NCBI GenBank assembly: GCA_026770705.1
Contig: JANJGN010000138.1
Location: 1,054,001 to 1,118,000 of the forward strand
From: Isurus oxyrinchus
Taxonomy: Eukaryota
Direction of reading: 5' to 3'
Length of the DNA: 64,000 nt
In this document: positions 60,819-64,000 of the stretch, in pieces
Layout: every line of letters starts with the position of its first letter
How positions within the stretch are numbered: position 1 is the stretch's first letter
Translations under genes and position numbers: made by a program
Notes under the pieces: generated by a model
Told to the model about the DNA's origin: nothing
The model's database searches: none
The model's input: the letters and a program-made list of their open reading frames with translations, nothing else

Positions 60819-62310
60819 TTACACAGGAGTACTTTTTTCCTGTGCAAGCCCTTTTATAAATATTCCTATCTTTCCAGTAAACAGTTGGAATTTATATACA
60901 ATATTACTAAGCTCTGAAGCTGCTCCCGCAACCCCCCTCCCCTCCCGCCACATAAAACCAGGAAACTAAATGACAGCATCCATCTATTTGTTCCATGTGG
61001 CTGCGGTGTAATTTATTAAAATTACATCTCATAGCACCAGCCAAGTGGTGGGATGGTTTTAGCTCTGAGTGCTGTGATCAAACATTTATCAATCCATTGC
61101 TTATTGACTTCTGAGAATGTTCAATTTATAGAACAATCCAGGTTTTCCCTTAAGTGGACTTATGTAGATAAAATTACCATGTCTCTGCGAGCTAACTGAG
61201 AATGACTTAATCTGCACAGTGATAGTGCAAATAAATGTTGAGCCTCATGCCAGATCAATAGCCATGGAAATTAAGCCGGGAGCATGATGGGTGGCTGTTT
61301 TGGTGGTTCCAGAAAGTAGCATATGTAATAACCACGTGGCAGAGCCAGAATGCTACTCCATTGTACTCAGTGTCTCATCATAGGGCTGTACCCTCATCCT
61401 GGGGACCAATCAGTGAAGATTCGCTGTGCCGTCTCCAAATCACTGGTATCTTTCCTTAAAGATGCAGATCAAGACTGCAAATAATATTAAAGGTATGATG
61501 TCACCAAAGTCCTTTGTTTTTTAGCAAGACTTATTAATTCTTGAACTCAAATCCCCTTACAATACAGTTGAAAATGCACTGTCTTCAAATAAAAAAAAAA
61601 ATGTGTCTAAGTGAGGTTATGAAAAGCTGCATAGAAGTCGTCCAAAGGCAACATATAGGAACAATTAAATAAAGGAGACCGAACGAAGCCCGGCAAAGGA
61701 AATAAACAAGGAAGAAGATAAAGAAGGATATTAAGAACTGAAATTGATGAACTCATTTTTGAGTTCAGGGGCTGAAGCGTCCTGAGACAAAAGATGATCC
61801 ACTTTTCCATAAGTTTTGATTTTGGCGAGGCCATTTATTCCCTAGGTTCTGTTCTATTATTTAAAGATATCGTGGCAAATTGGGAGCCAAATTGCTTTTG
61901 CCATGTACGTCAATAAATTTTCTAATAAAACATTATCGATCGCAGCTTTAAAATAAAGCCACTTATTAATATGTACAGAACGGAGCTGTGAACTTCCAGC
62001 ACCCTTTCTGTCTCTATTGCTTCCTAATTTCAATGTTGAAATCTGTCTATTTGATGTACCTGTGTTCCTTATTCCCAAATTCCAAGCAAGCGGAAATAGT
62101 TTCCTCAACTGACCATATCCGCACCAGAGGTCCTAGTACATAAATCATTAACGTAGCTTGCATACAAGGTCCAGCAAGTGATTAGGAAGGCAAATTAAAT
62201 GGTGGCTTTTATTGAGGGAGAATGGAAGTTTTAGTGCAGCTGTACAGAAGATTAGTGAGCAAACATCTGGAAAACTGTGTACAGTGTTGGCCAACATATT
62301 TTTTAAAAAT

Positions 62311-63239
62311 CGTCATGAAACGATAATATTTCTCGTAATACTATTGTCGGTTTATATGTGTGAATGTGGATGTTCCTGCCTCAGTGAATGAAGTAATTTA
62401 ATTAGAGTCAGATAGACTGCAGGTTTGAAATTATCGAAATAATGTAAGAGCAGGAAGGCATCTGAAATGCTAATAAGTAAATCTGGATGAGGTGCAGGGT
62501 GTGAAGGAAATTTGCATTTTCAGATAAGTGGAAGGTGGTTGGGTTTCAAATGGATACATTTGCATTTTTGCAACTAACAAGATAAACAGGGCAAGGTTAT
62601 TATGTTTATTTTTCCTAAAAATAAACAGGCTTTATTGACTTTCTGAATTATTTTTACAAAACGAGAAAATTAAACTTTCAAAGTCCTGTAGAACAATGGA
62701 ATTTAGAGATTAGAATGAGAGAAACGTATATACAAACGGATGAAAGACTGTATAGAGAGCGTTGCCATGTCACATTGAAAGGTACACCATGTGAAGCAGT
62801 CCTTGGGGAACAGCCACTTTAGCAGACGTTTGCTATTTATACAAATACAAAGAGTTGCGTTGCAAGGCTTTGGTAATCCAATGTCGAGTATTTGGTGTGG
62901 TACCTTTGCATCATTGATTTTGTATTTTCAAATCTATTTTAGACTGCTGCCTTATAGGGGGAGTGGAGTTGGCAACCTGTTTAACTAAGAATTTTGGTAA
63001 ATACTACGCCTAAATAACCGTGTAACTTTAATATTGTGTGTATTTATCGTTTTTTTTCCTTCTGTTAATAAATGTTTTACGATAATTAAAAATCCCTTAA
63101 GGTGTTATTGGATTCAATGCCTCGGAGTTCAGTGCAAAAGCCTTCTCGGAAAAAATACAAATTGCCTGAAATTTTGTGATAAATGGCCAAGTTTCCCTTG
63201 TGCATTTGGTCCACCTGGCATACATCACCTGTCATACCA
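62311..63239 (+). mobile_element. Solo LTR inside CR1 (paralog of 4592-5528)
   Basis: cgtcatgaaacgataatat...gtcatacca at the same CR1 position. Confidence 0.65.
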
Positions 63240-63887
63240 AATGCATAAGAAGCTTTGCAGAGAAAGGTCAGTCAATTCTTTCCGAGGATGACGGGTCTAA
63301 CTTATTTATGCAGTTTGGTCCTGTTTCCATTGGAGTTGAGAAGAAAGCAAGGAGACCTTACTGAATCATACCCGGTCCCGAAGGGACATGATTGGATGGA
63401 GTAGGGGACAGTGTAGAAAAAGGAGAGGTCTCCATTTGAAGAGGAAATACGAGGCTTTTTTACTCCTCGTGGAGCCACGTTCTGTGTAATTTTACTTTTT
63501 GCTGTCTCCATGAACATTTTCTTTCACCCAATGCCCGGAAATTAGGCGTTTGCATCGCGTGGATGTTCTGAATGTTCATGACACACAAAAGGCTCTTTCT
63601 CACTTGACAAACATTTTCTTCCACCTGCTCTGATGGGAATTGAAATTCAGCGGTAAATATGATCAAACAGTTTATGGCTTTTTTTTTGTAAAATGCACTT
63701 TTTTTAACTTCAGCGAACATTGCAAATACAATCTAACCGACCAGTTCACTTGTTGATGTCCTTTTCGCTTTCTTTGATGTATTTCATGACTCTGCTGGGT
63801 GCTCTATTACATGCATCCAGTACTGCCTGTGTTAAAAAAATAATAACCACAATCCTATTGCTCATTTTGCACGCCACGTCGGTATGA

Positions 63888-64000
63888 TTTATTTTTCATT
63901 CATGGGATGTGAGCATCGCTGGCTAGGCCAGCATTTACAGCTGCTGCTAAATTACGCTAGAGAACTTGGTGATGTGCTGCCTTCTTGAACTGCTAAAGTC
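63888..64000 (-). mobile_element. 3' end of L2/CR1-group LINE
   Basis: ttcattcatgggatgtgagcatcgctggctaggccagcattta is the reverse of the 13084-family tail. Confidence 0.7.

Larger units (their letters stand above)
57970..63810. repeat. Segmental duplication block A, copy 2
   Basis: Colinear with 181-6160; tRNA-Glu relic not found in this copy. Confidence 0.92.

Overview
Eukaryotic, AT-rich, repeat-dense genomic DNA. The repeat families and the GPR139-like receptors point to a cartilaginous fish (shark); this is inference. I found no intact protein-coding gene. The window looks like a decayed tRNA/histone cluster built by nested segmental duplications: a ~6 kb block repeated ~57.7 kb apart, a ~5.8 kb block repeated ~12.1 kb apart, and several 1-2 kb modules in both orientations. 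It holds two apparently intact tRNA genes (Asp-GTC, Ile-AAT) and about a dozen tRNA pseudogenes (Thr, Lys, Glu, Ser, Gly). Other relics are two truncated histone H3 genes (one keeps a perfect 3' stem-loop), an H3.3 processed pseudogene, two GPR139-like GPCR pseudogenes and possible TRIM-like and intermediate-filament-like remnants. Mobile elements include CR1/L2 LINEs, SINEs, Penelope-like pieces, solo LTRs, a Copia-type gag-protease remnant and a Tx1-clade LINE. The most notable structure is a Tx1 fragment with a 48-bp target-site duplication inside a dimeric tRNA-derived element, which itself sits in a CR1 with a ~14-bp duplication. All alignments were done by eye, and the boundaries of degenerate elements are approximate.
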